A stretch of 64,000 nt of DNA, from the NCBI GenBank assembly GCA_035474135.1, contig DATINP010000184.1, positions 9 to 64,008 on the forward strand. The letters run 5' to 3'. The DNA is from Chloroflexia bacterium (GTDB lineage Bacteria > Chloroflexota > Chloroflexia > QHBQ01 > JADMIH01). The translations under genes were made by a program, and so were the position numbers. The notes beneath the pieces were generated by a model, which was not told the DNA's origin, searched no databases, and saw nothing but the letters and a program-made list of their open reading frames with translations. Every line of letters starts with the position of its first letter. The first letter of the stretch is position 1. Below, in pieces: positions 56,086 through 64,000 of this stretch.

Positions 56086-58026
56086 CACCGCTTCGCGGTC
56101 GCTCGCCTCGTTCAGCGCGAGGACGGGCAGGGTAAAATAGAACGTGGTGCCTTTGCCGAGTGCGCTCTGCACTCCAATTCGTCCGCCCATGGCTTCCACC
56201 AGCGCTTTCGCAATGGCCAGGCCCAGGCCGGTGCCTGTGTTCGCGCCATCGCCCTTCATTTCCACGCGATAGAACTTGTCGAAGATATGGGGCAGGTGTT
56301 CGGGTGCAATGCCTATCCCATTGTCCTTGACGTAGACCGTAACGCTGGAGGTGCCGTTTCGGTCGCCTTGATACTCCGCATTTACCTCTATCGTGTCGGC
56401 CTGCGAATACTTGGCCGCGTTTTGCAACAGGTTCATCAACACCTGTTCCAGGCGGCGAGGATCGGCCTCTACAATGGGCAACTTATCTTCAATGTGGCAC
56501 TCGAACTTCGCGTGCGGGTAGTGCTTGCTTATGCGCGTAATCACTTCGCCGCAGTAGCGCCACAGGAGCACGTGTTCAGGCATTATCGGCAGCCGACCGC
56601 CCTCAATACGTGTCATCTCCAGCAGGTTCTCGACCAGATCGGTCAGCTTATCGCTCTCGTCCGAGATAATATCGAGGAACTCGCGCCGGGTCTGGTTGTC
56701 CCAGTGAGTATCGCCCGACAGGAGAGTACGTGAATAGCCTTTGATGCTGGCGAGGGGCGTGCGCAGTTCGTGCGACACCATAGACATAAAGTCGTCTTTC
56801 AGCTTGTTAGCCTCTCGCAGGGCGGTGGTCTCGGCGGTTTCAGCGATCAACCAGGTATTTTCTATTGCAATAGCCAATTGGTCGGCGACACCTTTCACTA
56901 TTTCGGCATCTTGGGTGCTAAAGGCCTGCTTTCCATGCGCGGTGATGGCTATGAGGCCCAGCCTGCGTTCGCCCAGCTTGATGGCCACCAGCAAGAGCGA
57001 TCCCGCGCCTTTTGCCGCCAGTGCGAGCACGTCGGGTTCGTTCATAGAGGCAGTGTCGCCGGACACGAACGTGTCGTTGTTGTTAAGCAACTGAGTGGCA
57101 CATTCCACGCTCAGTTCTGCCTGGATGCGGTTGCCGCTGTCGCCTGTGGCAGGGTCGCTGCTCGCCGCGTACACCGTATCGAGCAGTTCGCCGTTTTGCT
57201 CATCAAGCAGGCCGATGCTCGCGCCATTATTGGGGAGAATACGATCTATGCCGCGCAATGCGGTCTGAAATACCTCGTCCAGGTCGAGCGCAGATTGATT
57301 GATCGAACGTGCAAGCTCATTGACAACCTGCAAGCGAGCGGCTTTGCGCTGGGTATCAGCAAGCAGTATAGCGTTTTCGCGTGCCTGATTGGTGATCCTC
57401 TGCGAGGCCGAGCGCACCAGGGTGAACAGGGAAACGTAGAGGAACGAAAAGCCGAACAGGATGCTTACCCAGAGGAATTCGGTGCTGTTGTTGATGCGTT
57501 CGCGCAGGTCGGTGATGTCATAATAACCCTCGAACGCGCCCACTATCTCAGACTTGCCTCCCTGCCTGATAGGCGTGTAGACCTCCAGTAGCTCGCCAAA
57601 ACCCCGTTCTTCAACATTCTCGGCCTTGTTCAGGTCCGAAAGGTCAGCAACAGTAAGGCCTGTGAGCGTTTCTTGCAGGTCATCTGTCCACGGGAACGTC
57701 TGACCGACCAGGGTGGGATCGTCGGAATATACCACCATACTGTCGCGGTTCCATATCTTCACCCTCACCAGACCGGACCCACCCAGGCTGGAGAGAGCCA
57801 GCTCGATCTCTTTGTAACTGGCACCGTGAGCGCCGTTCGCCAGCACGTCGTCCGTGATGTGGTCGCCGATGATGGGCGGCACGAGGTCGCGGATTGCGTC
57901 GCGCTGTTGGTTGATGGCGGCTTGCTGGAAGTAGTTGGTCAGATTCCAACCCAGCAAAATGCCGATGCCAACCATGAGCACCAGACTTATGATCGAGAAC
58001 TGGAGCAAGAGGGTGACGCGCTTCAT
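56068..58026 (-). CDS. Membrane sensor histidine kinase with a GAF domain
   Basis: Two TM helices, GAF region, SHELRTPL H-box, NLLQNAAKYS, DNGIGI, GTGLGLAI. Confidence 0.95.
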   Translation of the reverse strand: MKRVTLLLQFSIISLVLMVGIGILLGWNLTNYFQQAAINQQRDAIRDLVPPIIGDHITDDVLANGAHGASYKEIELALSSLGGSGLVRVKIWNRDSMVVYSDDPTLVGQTFPWTDDLQETLTGLTVADLSDLNKAENVEERGFGELLEVYTPIRQGGKSEIVGAFEGYYDITDLRERINNSTEFLWVSILFGFSFLYVSLFTLVRSASQRITNQARENAILLADTQRKAARLQVVNELARSINQSALDLDEVFQTALRGIDRILPNNGASIGLLDEQNGELLDTVYAASSDPATGDSGNRIQAELSVECATQLLNNNDTFVSGDTASMNEPDVLALAAKGAGSLLLVAIKLGERRLGLIAITAHGKQAFSTQDAEIVKGVADQLAIAIENTWLIAETAETTALREANKLKDDFMSMVSHELRTPLASIKGYSRTLLSGDTHWDNQTRREFLDIISDESDKLTDLVENLLEMTRIEGGRLPIMPEHVLLWRYCGEVITRISKHYPHAKFECHIEDKLPIVEADPRRLEQVLMNLLQNAAKYSQADTIEVNAEYQGDRNGTSSVTVYVKDNGIGIAPEHLPHIFDKFYRVEMKGDGANTGTGLGLAIAKALVEAMGGRIGVQSALGKGTTFYFTLPVLALNEASDREAVTSRRS

Positions 58027-58736
58027 TTGCCCTCTCTTGGTATCTGGAACCTATAGCCGAAGCCCGGCTCGGACATAATGAACTGGGGAGTGGAGGGATC
58101 GGGTTCGAGCTTTTGGCGCAGCGACCTTATATAGACCCACAGATAGCCTGTTTCGTCGCGGTACTCGGGCCCCCACACCTTGGACAGGAGATCGGCATGT
58201 GGTATCACTTTGCCCGCCTGTTGCGCGAGTTGTTGCAAGAGTTTGTACTCGGTGGGTGTGAGCTTTATCTGATCGCCGTTGTACTCTACTTTGTGCTTGA
58301 GAAAATCGATAGTGAGGCCGCCTGCCTGGATAATATGCCCACCGGTTGTATCGCCGTTGGCCGAGGCATTGCTGCGCCGCAACAGGGCACGCACTCTTGC
58401 TACCAGTTCTTCGGGGTCGAAGGGCTTGGTGATATAGTCGTCGGCGCCCAGTTCCAGGCCGTGCACCTTCTGCGATTGCTCGCCCATCGCAGTCAGGAAG
58501 ATGATCGGCACATTTGACGCTTCGCGCACGCGCTGAGTGAAGGTGAAGCCGTCCATGCCGGGCATGGTCACGTCGACCACTATAGCATTTGGTTCTTCCA
58601 GGTCGAACTGTTCCAGGGCCGCCGCCCCGCCCGAAGCGGTGCTAACAACAAACCCGGCTTTTTCCAGGTTGACTCGCACCAGCCGTAAGATACGCGGGTC
58701 GTCGTCTACGACAAGTATGTTTTGTTTGGGTTGCAT
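58023..58736 (-). CDS. OmpR-family response regulator
   Basis: ILVVDDD, VVDVTMPGMDG, GADDYITKPF, LTPTEYKLL, PGFGYRF; AGGAG before ATG 58736; overlaps the HK start by 4 nt. Confidence 0.95.
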   Translation of the reverse strand: MQPKQNILVVDDDPRILRLVRVNLEKAGFVVSTASGGAAALEQFDLEEPNAIVVDVTMPGMDGFTFTQRVREASNVPIIFLTAMGEQSQKVHGLELGADDYITKPFDPEELVARVRALLRRSNASANGDTTGGHIIQAGGLTIDFLKHKVEYNGDQIKLTPTEYKLLQQLAQQAGKVIPHADLLSKVWGPEYRDETGYLWVYIRSLRQKLEPDPSTPQFIMSEPGFGYRFQIPREGK

Positions 58737-58911
58737 TATTCTCCTGACGACACGCGACAGACAAGGAACTACGGTGGATGCTGTTTGCAATTCGTAAGTT
58801 GCGTTCCAGCTTTAATAATACGTAGATAGGTAACAGAGTGCAACGGGTGGCTAGTGGTTGGTTATACCCCGCACTACTTGATGGCTAATATCTGATGTAT
58901 GGGTAGACCGC

Positions 58912-59865
58912 CTACAACATTAAGGTCGTACCCACACTGGACGCGACGAATGCGTCAGGCATCTCGACCGCGATGCGCTGTACCGCCCGCCAGCCCGTGC
59001 AGTGCCCCGGCATCACGCACGCAGGCCCGATGGCCTTCAGCGCGGCCACTGTCGGCTCGATAAATGGCTCGAACCCCGGTCCGGTCAGATGGAACCCACC
59101 TATCACGGCGTACACTTTATCAATTCCGGTAATCCTCTGCGCATTCCTCACCACATTGATAACCCCCGCATGCCCACACCCCGACACCACCACCAGCCCT
59201 TTCCCCGCCACGTTCACAATCGCACACTGGTCGTCGTGGATCAGCGGGTCGGCTTCCCAATGGTCGTGACGCCACGACTGGTGTCCGGCCAGCCCGCGCT
59301 CAAACTCGGTCGTCCGAACCACCTCCCCCGAAATCAGGACCATCCCGTCCACCATCATCGACGGCCCGACCTCCTCCACGATCTCCACCCCCATCCGCCT
59401 CAAGTCCGCTTTGTTCGGTGGGGGCCATTGCAACTCCATCCCGCTCGGTAGCACCAATCTCCTCTGCAAGAACGCATCCGGGTGTAGGATTAATGGCATT
59501 CCCACCCTACCCAGCCGCTCCACCAACCCCGGCAGGCCCATCGCGTGGTCCGGGTGCCCATGACTCAAAATGATAGCCTGCACATCATGCGCGTCGACCT
59601 CCATCACATCCATGTTGTATAGGATCCCCTGTTTGCTTACCCCCGTATCAAACATCAGCTTGCCTGAACTCTCCCCCTTCTGCACCTCGATCAATGCCGA
59701 GAAACCATGCTCGGCTATCGGCAACGGATGCTCGAACAGATCGTTCCGCAGTTTGAATCGCCGCGCCACCGCCGATCCCACCATCAGGATGTCGACCGAG
59801 TTGTCACACAATATCGAAACGTTGACCGAATCCACTTCCGCCAACGGGATAACTTCAGTTCCCAT
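58912..59865 (-). CDS. MBL-fold metallo-hydrolase (COG1237-like)
   Basis: AEHGFS, MFDTG, LSHGHPDH, DDQ, SGCGHAG, GGFHL, PGHCTG. Confidence 0.9.
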   Translation of the reverse strand: MGTEVIPLAEVDSVNVSILCDNSVDILMVGSAVARRFKLRNDLFEHPLPIAEHGFSALIEVQKGESSGKLMFDTGVSKQGILYNMDVMEVDAHDVQAIILSHGHPDHAMGLPGLVERLGRVGMPLILHPDAFLQRRLVLPSGMELQWPPPNKADLRRMGVEIVEEVGPSMMVDGMVLISGEVVRTTEFERGLAGHQSWRHDHWEADPLIHDDQCAIVNVAGKGLVVVSGCGHAGVINVVRNAQRITGIDKVYAVIGGFHLTGPGFEPFIEPTVAALKAIGPACVMPGHCTGWRAVQRIAVEMPDAFVASSVGTTLML

Positions 59866-60095
59866 CTCTCATACCTCCTATGAAATCGCTACCACCGTTT
59901 CAACTAGGTCGCCAGTCGTTTGCTCCCGCTGACAGGATTGGCTCTCTCTCCAAAGGCTCTTTCATGCCAACCATTTTACCGGATATTAGCCGTCCACGGA
60001 TAGAGGTATTGTCAGGCAGCTTACTACCAATAACGGATGACGTATGGCGTGTGACATCCTTGTTTGCCGTTGTTATTGCTAACCCATCGACACTT

Positions 60096-60112
60096 CTTAA
60101 GGCCATCTTAAG
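60096..60112. promoter_or_regulatory. CTTAAG-N5-CTTAAG direct repeat (11-bp period); candidate OmpR-family binding site
   Basis: Read directly in the divergent intergenic region between the MBL/RR/HK genes and the ECF sigma. Confidence 0.45.
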
Positions 60113-60239
60113 GGTGAACAGGTCTATTTCAGGCGATTCTCAGGGGCGCGTCTGTATGATACGGTCAGAACACAATGTATATGACCACGCGGCACGGGTC
60201 GTATCGGGCAAGAGCGCAAAACAGAAAGGCGTATAGACC

Positions 60240-60857
60240 ATGAACTCGACTTCAATATCCACGACTCAAACTAGGGCTTCATCGAATTTGTTTGGAGCCG
60301 CCGAGACCAGAACTAACGTTGCCAATGCTGCTGTAGACCGCAAAAGCGCGCTTCAGGCTATTTACGATACCTATGTAGAGCAAATATACAGGTTCATCTT
60401 TTTCAAGGTGGGCAACCGCGAAGATGCCGAGGATATTGCCTCGCAGGTATTCATTAAGGCTGCCAATTCACTCGACGTGACTCAGAACCGGCAGGCCCAG
60501 GTGGCCTGGTTGTACCAGGTAGCCCGCACTACCATAAGTGATCACTGGCGCGGCTACTACAAGGGCGTGACCACCAGCCTCGATGAGATGGAAGAGAGCA
60601 GCCCGCTTCACCTGGCCAGCGACCCCGTGTTTCTGGGCGGGCAGGAGAGCGACGACGTCGAGCCTGCGGTCGAGAAGGTGCGGGCTGTACTTTCCCTACT
60701 GCCTGAGAACTACCGTCGCGTCCTGGAACTGCGCTTCCTTCAGGGTTGCTCCCTGCGCGAAACGGCTGCCGCCATGCTCATCACCGAATCGAACGCCAAA
60801 GTCATCCAGCACCGCGCCATACAGAAGGCACTCAAGGTAGGCGCACAGCTTATTTAG
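60240..60857 (+). CDS. ECF sigma factor
   Basis: IYDTYVEQIYRF, DAEDIASQVF, WLYQVAR, LPENYRRVLELRF...ETAAAM...AKVIQHRA. Confidence 0.92.
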   Translation: MNSTSISTTQTRASSNLFGAAETRTNVANAAVDRKSALQAIYDTYVEQIYRFIFFKVGNREDAEDIASQVFIKAANSLDVTQNRQAQVAWLYQVARTTISDHWRGYYKGVTTSLDEMEESSPLHLASDPVFLGGQESDDVEPAVEKVRAVLSLLPENYRRVLELRFLQGCSLRETAAAMLITESNAKVIQHRAIQKALKVGAQLI

Positions 60858-60879
60858 GGGCCAGGGTTATTGGGTTGGG

Positions 60880-60919
60880 GAAGGACTGTTGCCGGCTGAT
60901 GGTAGCAGTCCTTCTTTTT
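60880..60919 (+). terminator. Rho-independent terminator
   Basis: GAAGGACTGTTGCC / GGTAGCAGTCCTTC stem (two G-U pairs) followed by TTTTT. Confidence 0.8.
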
Positions 60920-60943
60920 GTAATAGATTCGCAACATTTGTTC

Positions 60944-60972
60944 TTGACCATATAGAACGACCTATTTATAAT
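60944..60972 (+). promoter_or_regulatory. sigma70 promoter TTGACC-N17-TATAAT for the osmoprotectant ABC operon
   Basis: -35 at 60944-60949, -10 at 60967-60972. Confidence 0.8.
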
Positions 60973-61183
60973 CAAGTGTGGTCTAATTCATGCTATGGTT
61001 TAACGGTTCGCTTCTAACTTCGGGCTGCATTAGTTGGGCGTAAGACTGAATATTTGTCCTTTCAACCCAGGACCACTCTCCGAGCGTTGTATTCTATGTG
61101 ACCTGTTCACCGTTGTTGCTGATCCCCTACGCTCGATCTAATAATGTGCTGAGTTTCGCACACAATCCAAATGGAGGAACTTC

Positions 61184-62224
61184 GTGAAGAAAAGTCTATT
61201 GGCTATCGTGATGCTCACAATTCTGAGCTTACTTCTATCCGCGTGTGGGGCCGACCCCACCGCTACCGTGGTGCCACCCACCGCCACGACTGCTGCGGCA
61301 CCGACTGCTACAACTGCAATGGCGGCGTCTACCGCCACGACTGCAATGGCAGCACCGACCGCTACCTCTGCCGGGACAGGCCAGACACCTGCGGCAGGCC
61401 GCAAGGTCGTCGTTAGCTCCAAGAACTTCACCGAGGAGTTCATACTGGGCGAGATATATGCACTGGCGCTCGAGAATGCAGGAGTGCCTGTAGAGCGCAA
61501 GCTGAACCTGGGCGCGTCGGACCTGGCGCAGGCTGCACTGCTGAAAGGCGGGGATGCCGGTGGTATCGACCTCTACCCCGAGTACACAAGCACAGGCCTC
61601 ACGGTCATATTGGGAGCCGATCCCATCTATGATCCGCCTGCGGTGTATGATGCGGTCAAGAAGGGCTACGAAGACCAGTACAAACTGACATGGTTGGACT
61701 CGTCGCCCATGAATGACACACAGGCTTTCGTGATGACGAAGGACAACTCCGAGAAGCTGGGTATCAAGAGTCTTGCTGATATGTGCAGCAAGGCCAATAC
61801 TCTTACTCTATCGGCCATCGCAGAGTTCAAGGATCGCCCTGATGCCTACCCGCGCCTCCAGTCAGTATATGGAGATTGCAACTTCAAGGACATCAAGTCG
61901 ATGGATCCCAGTCTCTTCTACACCACGCTAATGAACGGCGACGTAGATGTGACGCAGGCGTTCAGCACCGACGGCCCCATCTCGGGCAACGGCCTCGTAC
62001 TGTTGGACGATCCCAAGAACTACGGTTTGCCGTATAATGTGGCCCCCGTCGTGCGCGACGATGTGCTTGCTATGTACCCACAGATCAGCACCACCCTTAA
62101 CGCTCTGGCTCCCAAGCTCACGAACGATGTTATATCGTCCCTGAACTGGGAGGTTGATGGCAAGAAACGCGACTATCAGGACGTGGCCAAAGAATGGATG
62201 CAGCAGCAGGGCCTGATCAAATAG
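61184..62224 (+). CDS. Osmoprotectant (glycine betaine/choline-type) ABC transporter substrate-binding lipoprotein
   Basis: Lipobox LLSAC, Thr/Ala linker, SKNFTEEFILGE, IDLYPEYT, FSTDG. Confidence 0.9.
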   Translation: MKKSLLAIVMLTILSLLLSACGADPTATVVPPTATTAAAPTATTAMAASTATTAMAAPTATSAGTGQTPAAGRKVVVSSKNFTEEFILGEIYALALENAGVPVERKLNLGASDLAQAALLKGGDAGGIDLYPEYTSTGLTVILGADPIYDPPAVYDAVKKGYEDQYKLTWLDSSPMNDTQAFVMTKDNSEKLGIKSLADMCSKANTLTLSAIAEFKDRPDAYPRLQSVYGDCNFKDIKSMDPSLFYTTLMNGDVDVTQAFSTDGPISGNGLVLLDDPKNYGLPYNVAPVVRDDVLAMYPQISTTLNALAPKLTNDVISSLNWEVDGKKRDYQDVAKEWMQQQGLIK

Positions 62225-63195
62225 TGTCTGCGCCTGCTATCGTTTTCGAGCACGTTAGCAAAAGTTTCCCCGGCTCTACTCTCCCCGCTATCGACGACGT
62301 ATACCTGGAGGTAGAGCCGGGTAACTTTGTGGTGTTGTTCGGGCCTTCGGGCTGCGGCAAAACCACGCTCATGAAGATGGTCAACCGTCTCTACGAGCAT
62401 GATTCGGGACGGGTACTGGTCGAAGGGCGGGAAGCACGAAGCTTCAAGATCACAGACCTGCGCCGCCGCATCGGCTACGTGATCCAGAGCACAGGGCTGT
62501 TCCCCCACATGACGGTGGCCGAGAATATAGCGGTTGTGCCTGACCTGCTCAATTGGGACAAGGCACGCACCAGCCGCCGAATTGACGACCTGCTTGAGTT
62601 GATCGGGCTGTCGCCGCAGGAGTACCGCAATCGCTATCCGGGTCAGTTGTCGGGCGGGCAGCAGCAACGTGTGGGCCTGGCGCGGGCCATGGCTGCCGAT
62701 CCCTCGATCATGCTCATGGATGAGCCTTTCGCCGCTATAGACAATATTACGCGGCGCAGGCTACAGGACGAGCTACTTAGGATACAGAGTGTGGTTCGCA
62801 AGACGATCCTCTTTGTTACGCACGACATCGAAGAGGCGATACGGCTTGCTGACAAGATCGCGGTCATGCGATTAGGCAAAGTCGTGCAGTACGATACGCC
62901 CCTGAACATCCTTTCAAACCCGGCTGACGAGTTCGTGGCCGATCTCGTTGGCTCAGAAGACGTGTTGCGCCGTCTGTCCCTGTTGAGTGTGCAGTCGGTC
63001 ATGTCACCCCTACGTGAGGGTGCGGGGTCCCAGCCCGACTCGTCCACACTGCCGGTGGATGCAACCCTGCGTGATGCCCTGGGCGTCCTCCTCTCAGCAG
63101 ACACCGACGCTCTCACCATAGTGAGCGAACAGGGCCAACCCGTAGGCACGCTCAGTTTGGACGCGATCAAGAAAGCCACTCACCACGAGGAGTGA
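62224..63195 (+). CDS. Osmoprotectant ABC transporter ATP-binding protein with a CBS domain
   Basis: GPSGCGKTT, LSGGQQQRV, LMDEPF, VTHD; GTG 62224 overlaps the upstream TAG. Confidence 0.93.
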   Translation: MSAPAIVFEHVSKSFPGSTLPAIDDVYLEVEPGNFVVLFGPSGCGKTTLMKMVNRLYEHDSGRVLVEGREARSFKITDLRRRIGYVIQSTGLFPHMTVAENIAVVPDLLNWDKARTSRRIDDLLELIGLSPQEYRNRYPGQLSGGQQQRVGLARAMAADPSIMLMDEPFAAIDNITRRRLQDELLRIQSVVRKTILFVTHDIEEAIRLADKIAVMRLGKVVQYDTPLNILSNPADEFVADLVGSEDVLRRLSLLSVQSVMSPLREGAGSQPDSSTLPVDATLRDALGVLLSADTDALTIVSEQGQPVGTLSLDAIKKATHHEE

Positions 63196-63314
63196 CCAGT
63201 GGTGAGTGACCAGTGACCAGTGACCAGTGACCAGTGACCAGTAGGACGACCGTCGAACCGCTTATCACTGAGCACTTGTCACGTCTGGTCACTGGTCACT
63301 CACCACTGGTCACT
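63191..63314. repeat. Inverted heptamer arrays (AGTGACC)n / (GGTCACT)n with perfect 29-bp arms
   Basis: 63191-63219 is the exact reverse complement of 63286-63314, including the variant unit. Confidence 0.93.
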
Positions 63315-63324
63315 GCCAACACCT

Positions 63325-63933
63325 ATGGACTATCTACTTGAACATTTCGACCGGGTTTGGCCCAGGCTATTGGAGCACCTGATCCTGAGCGGGGTGTCGC
63401 TGGGGATCGCTGTCTTGATCGCTCTGCCGCTTGGGCTTGTGCTGAGCAGGCAGGCGCGACTTGCTACGCCTGTGCTGGGCGTGTTGGGGGTGGTCTATAC
63501 GATCCCCAGCTTCGCTCTGTTCGCGTTTCTGGTGCCTGTGGTCGGGATCGGGTGGTGGCCTGCTATCATCGCGCTCACCGCGTATGCGCTGGTGGTGCTT
63601 GTACGCAATACAATGGTGGCGTTCAACGGAGTTAACCCCGCAGTGAAAGAGGCTGCGATAGGCATGGGCATGGGCGGACGGCAGGTGTTATGGCGCATCG
63701 AGATCCCGCTGGCGCTACCCGTGATCGTGGCCGGGCTGAGGATAGGCGCGCTGTCCACCATTGCGCTCGCCAGTATCGCGGCCTGGGTGGGCAACTTGGG
63801 GCTGGGACAACTCCTGAAGGACGGAATCAACAACGACTCGAAGCTATATGCGGGCGTCATCTGTATCGCAGGAATAGCTCTTCTCACCGACCTTGTGTTC
63901 CGCCTCGTAGAGCGCACGGTGCGCGTGCCCTAG
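63325..63933 (+). CDS. Osmoprotectant ABC transporter permease
   Basis: YTIPSFAL, EAAIGMGM...IEIPLALP EAA loop. Confidence 0.92.
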   Translation: MDYLLEHFDRVWPRLLEHLILSGVSLGIAVLIALPLGLVLSRQARLATPVLGVLGVVYTIPSFALFAFLVPVVGIGWWPAIIALTAYALVVLVRNTMVAFNGVNPAVKEAAIGMGMGGRQVLWRIEIPLALPVIVAGLRIGALSTIALASIAAWVGNLGLGQLLKDGINNDSKLYAGVICIAGIALLTDLVFRLVERTVRVP

Positions 63934-63936
63934 TAT

Positions 63937-64000
63937 ATGGATATTATTCAACAAGCATATCAATACGCAGTTGACCACAGCGACGACTTCTTCAAGGCGT
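63937..64000 (+). CDS. Start of the next gene, probably the second permease (partial)
   Basis: ATG 63937 opens MDIIQQAYQYAVDHSDDFFKA..., 3 nt after the previous stop; runs off the window. Confidence 0.55.
   Translation, partial: MDIIQQAYQYAVDHSDDFFKA

Noticed and set aside
58912-59865. G-ending codon skew in the MBL hydrolase as a sign of foreign origin
   Set aside because: Similar G-rich usage appears in other genes here (deacetylase, permease); not assessable without codon statistics.
60973-61183. c-di-AMP (ydaO) riboswitch and a 17-aa leader peptide (MLWFNGSLLTSGCISWA)
   Set aside because: No recognisable ydaO consensus and no SD for the short ORF; kept only as an unexplained long leader.
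1-64000. CRISPR array
   Set aside because: The heptamer arrays have no spacers, the 71-bp element copies are kilobases apart, and no cas gene was recognised.
1-64000. Many short or antisense ORFs in the track (e.g. 249-587, 301-810, 4241-4834, 7369-8166, 20476-21456, 44852-45673, 56770-57591)
   Set aside because: They overlap well-supported genes on another frame or strand and carry no recognisable motifs; expected shadows in GC-rich DNA.

Overview
GC-rich bacterial chromosomal window, most likely Chloroflexota (inference from the tandem 'YFPETG...FERA' module, F420-dependent enzymes and a fused E1 alpha/beta). It holds about 50 genes. Housekeeping genes include ispE (runs off the left edge), uvrB, rsmA, comM, sucC, pepF, cystathionine beta-synthase and nfeD/SPFH. 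Regulatory genes are a Ser/Thr kinase, a HK/RR pair, two ECF sigmas and a cyclase-STAND-TPR protein. Envelope enzymes, an AbrB/Doc toxin-antitoxin pair and ABC transporter genes are also present. No rRNA, tRNA or CRISPR array was seen. The most unusual signals are non-coding. (i) A 71-bp dispersed element occurs in four copies with co-varying, mutually exclusive hairpins. (ii) At least 15 tandem 7-bp repeat arrays from several families keep a common GA/TC 7-nt register, pair into long inverted repeats with mirrored variant units, and often supply gene stop codons. Reading intergenic DNA also revealed two fragments missing from the ORF track, an ABC-exporter 3' end and an IS5-family transposase 3' end. 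They bracket an AT-richer ECF/anti-sigma pair. A serine/threonine dehydratase-family gene is split by a 1-bp frameshift. All calls come from motif recognition by eye; no database searches were run.
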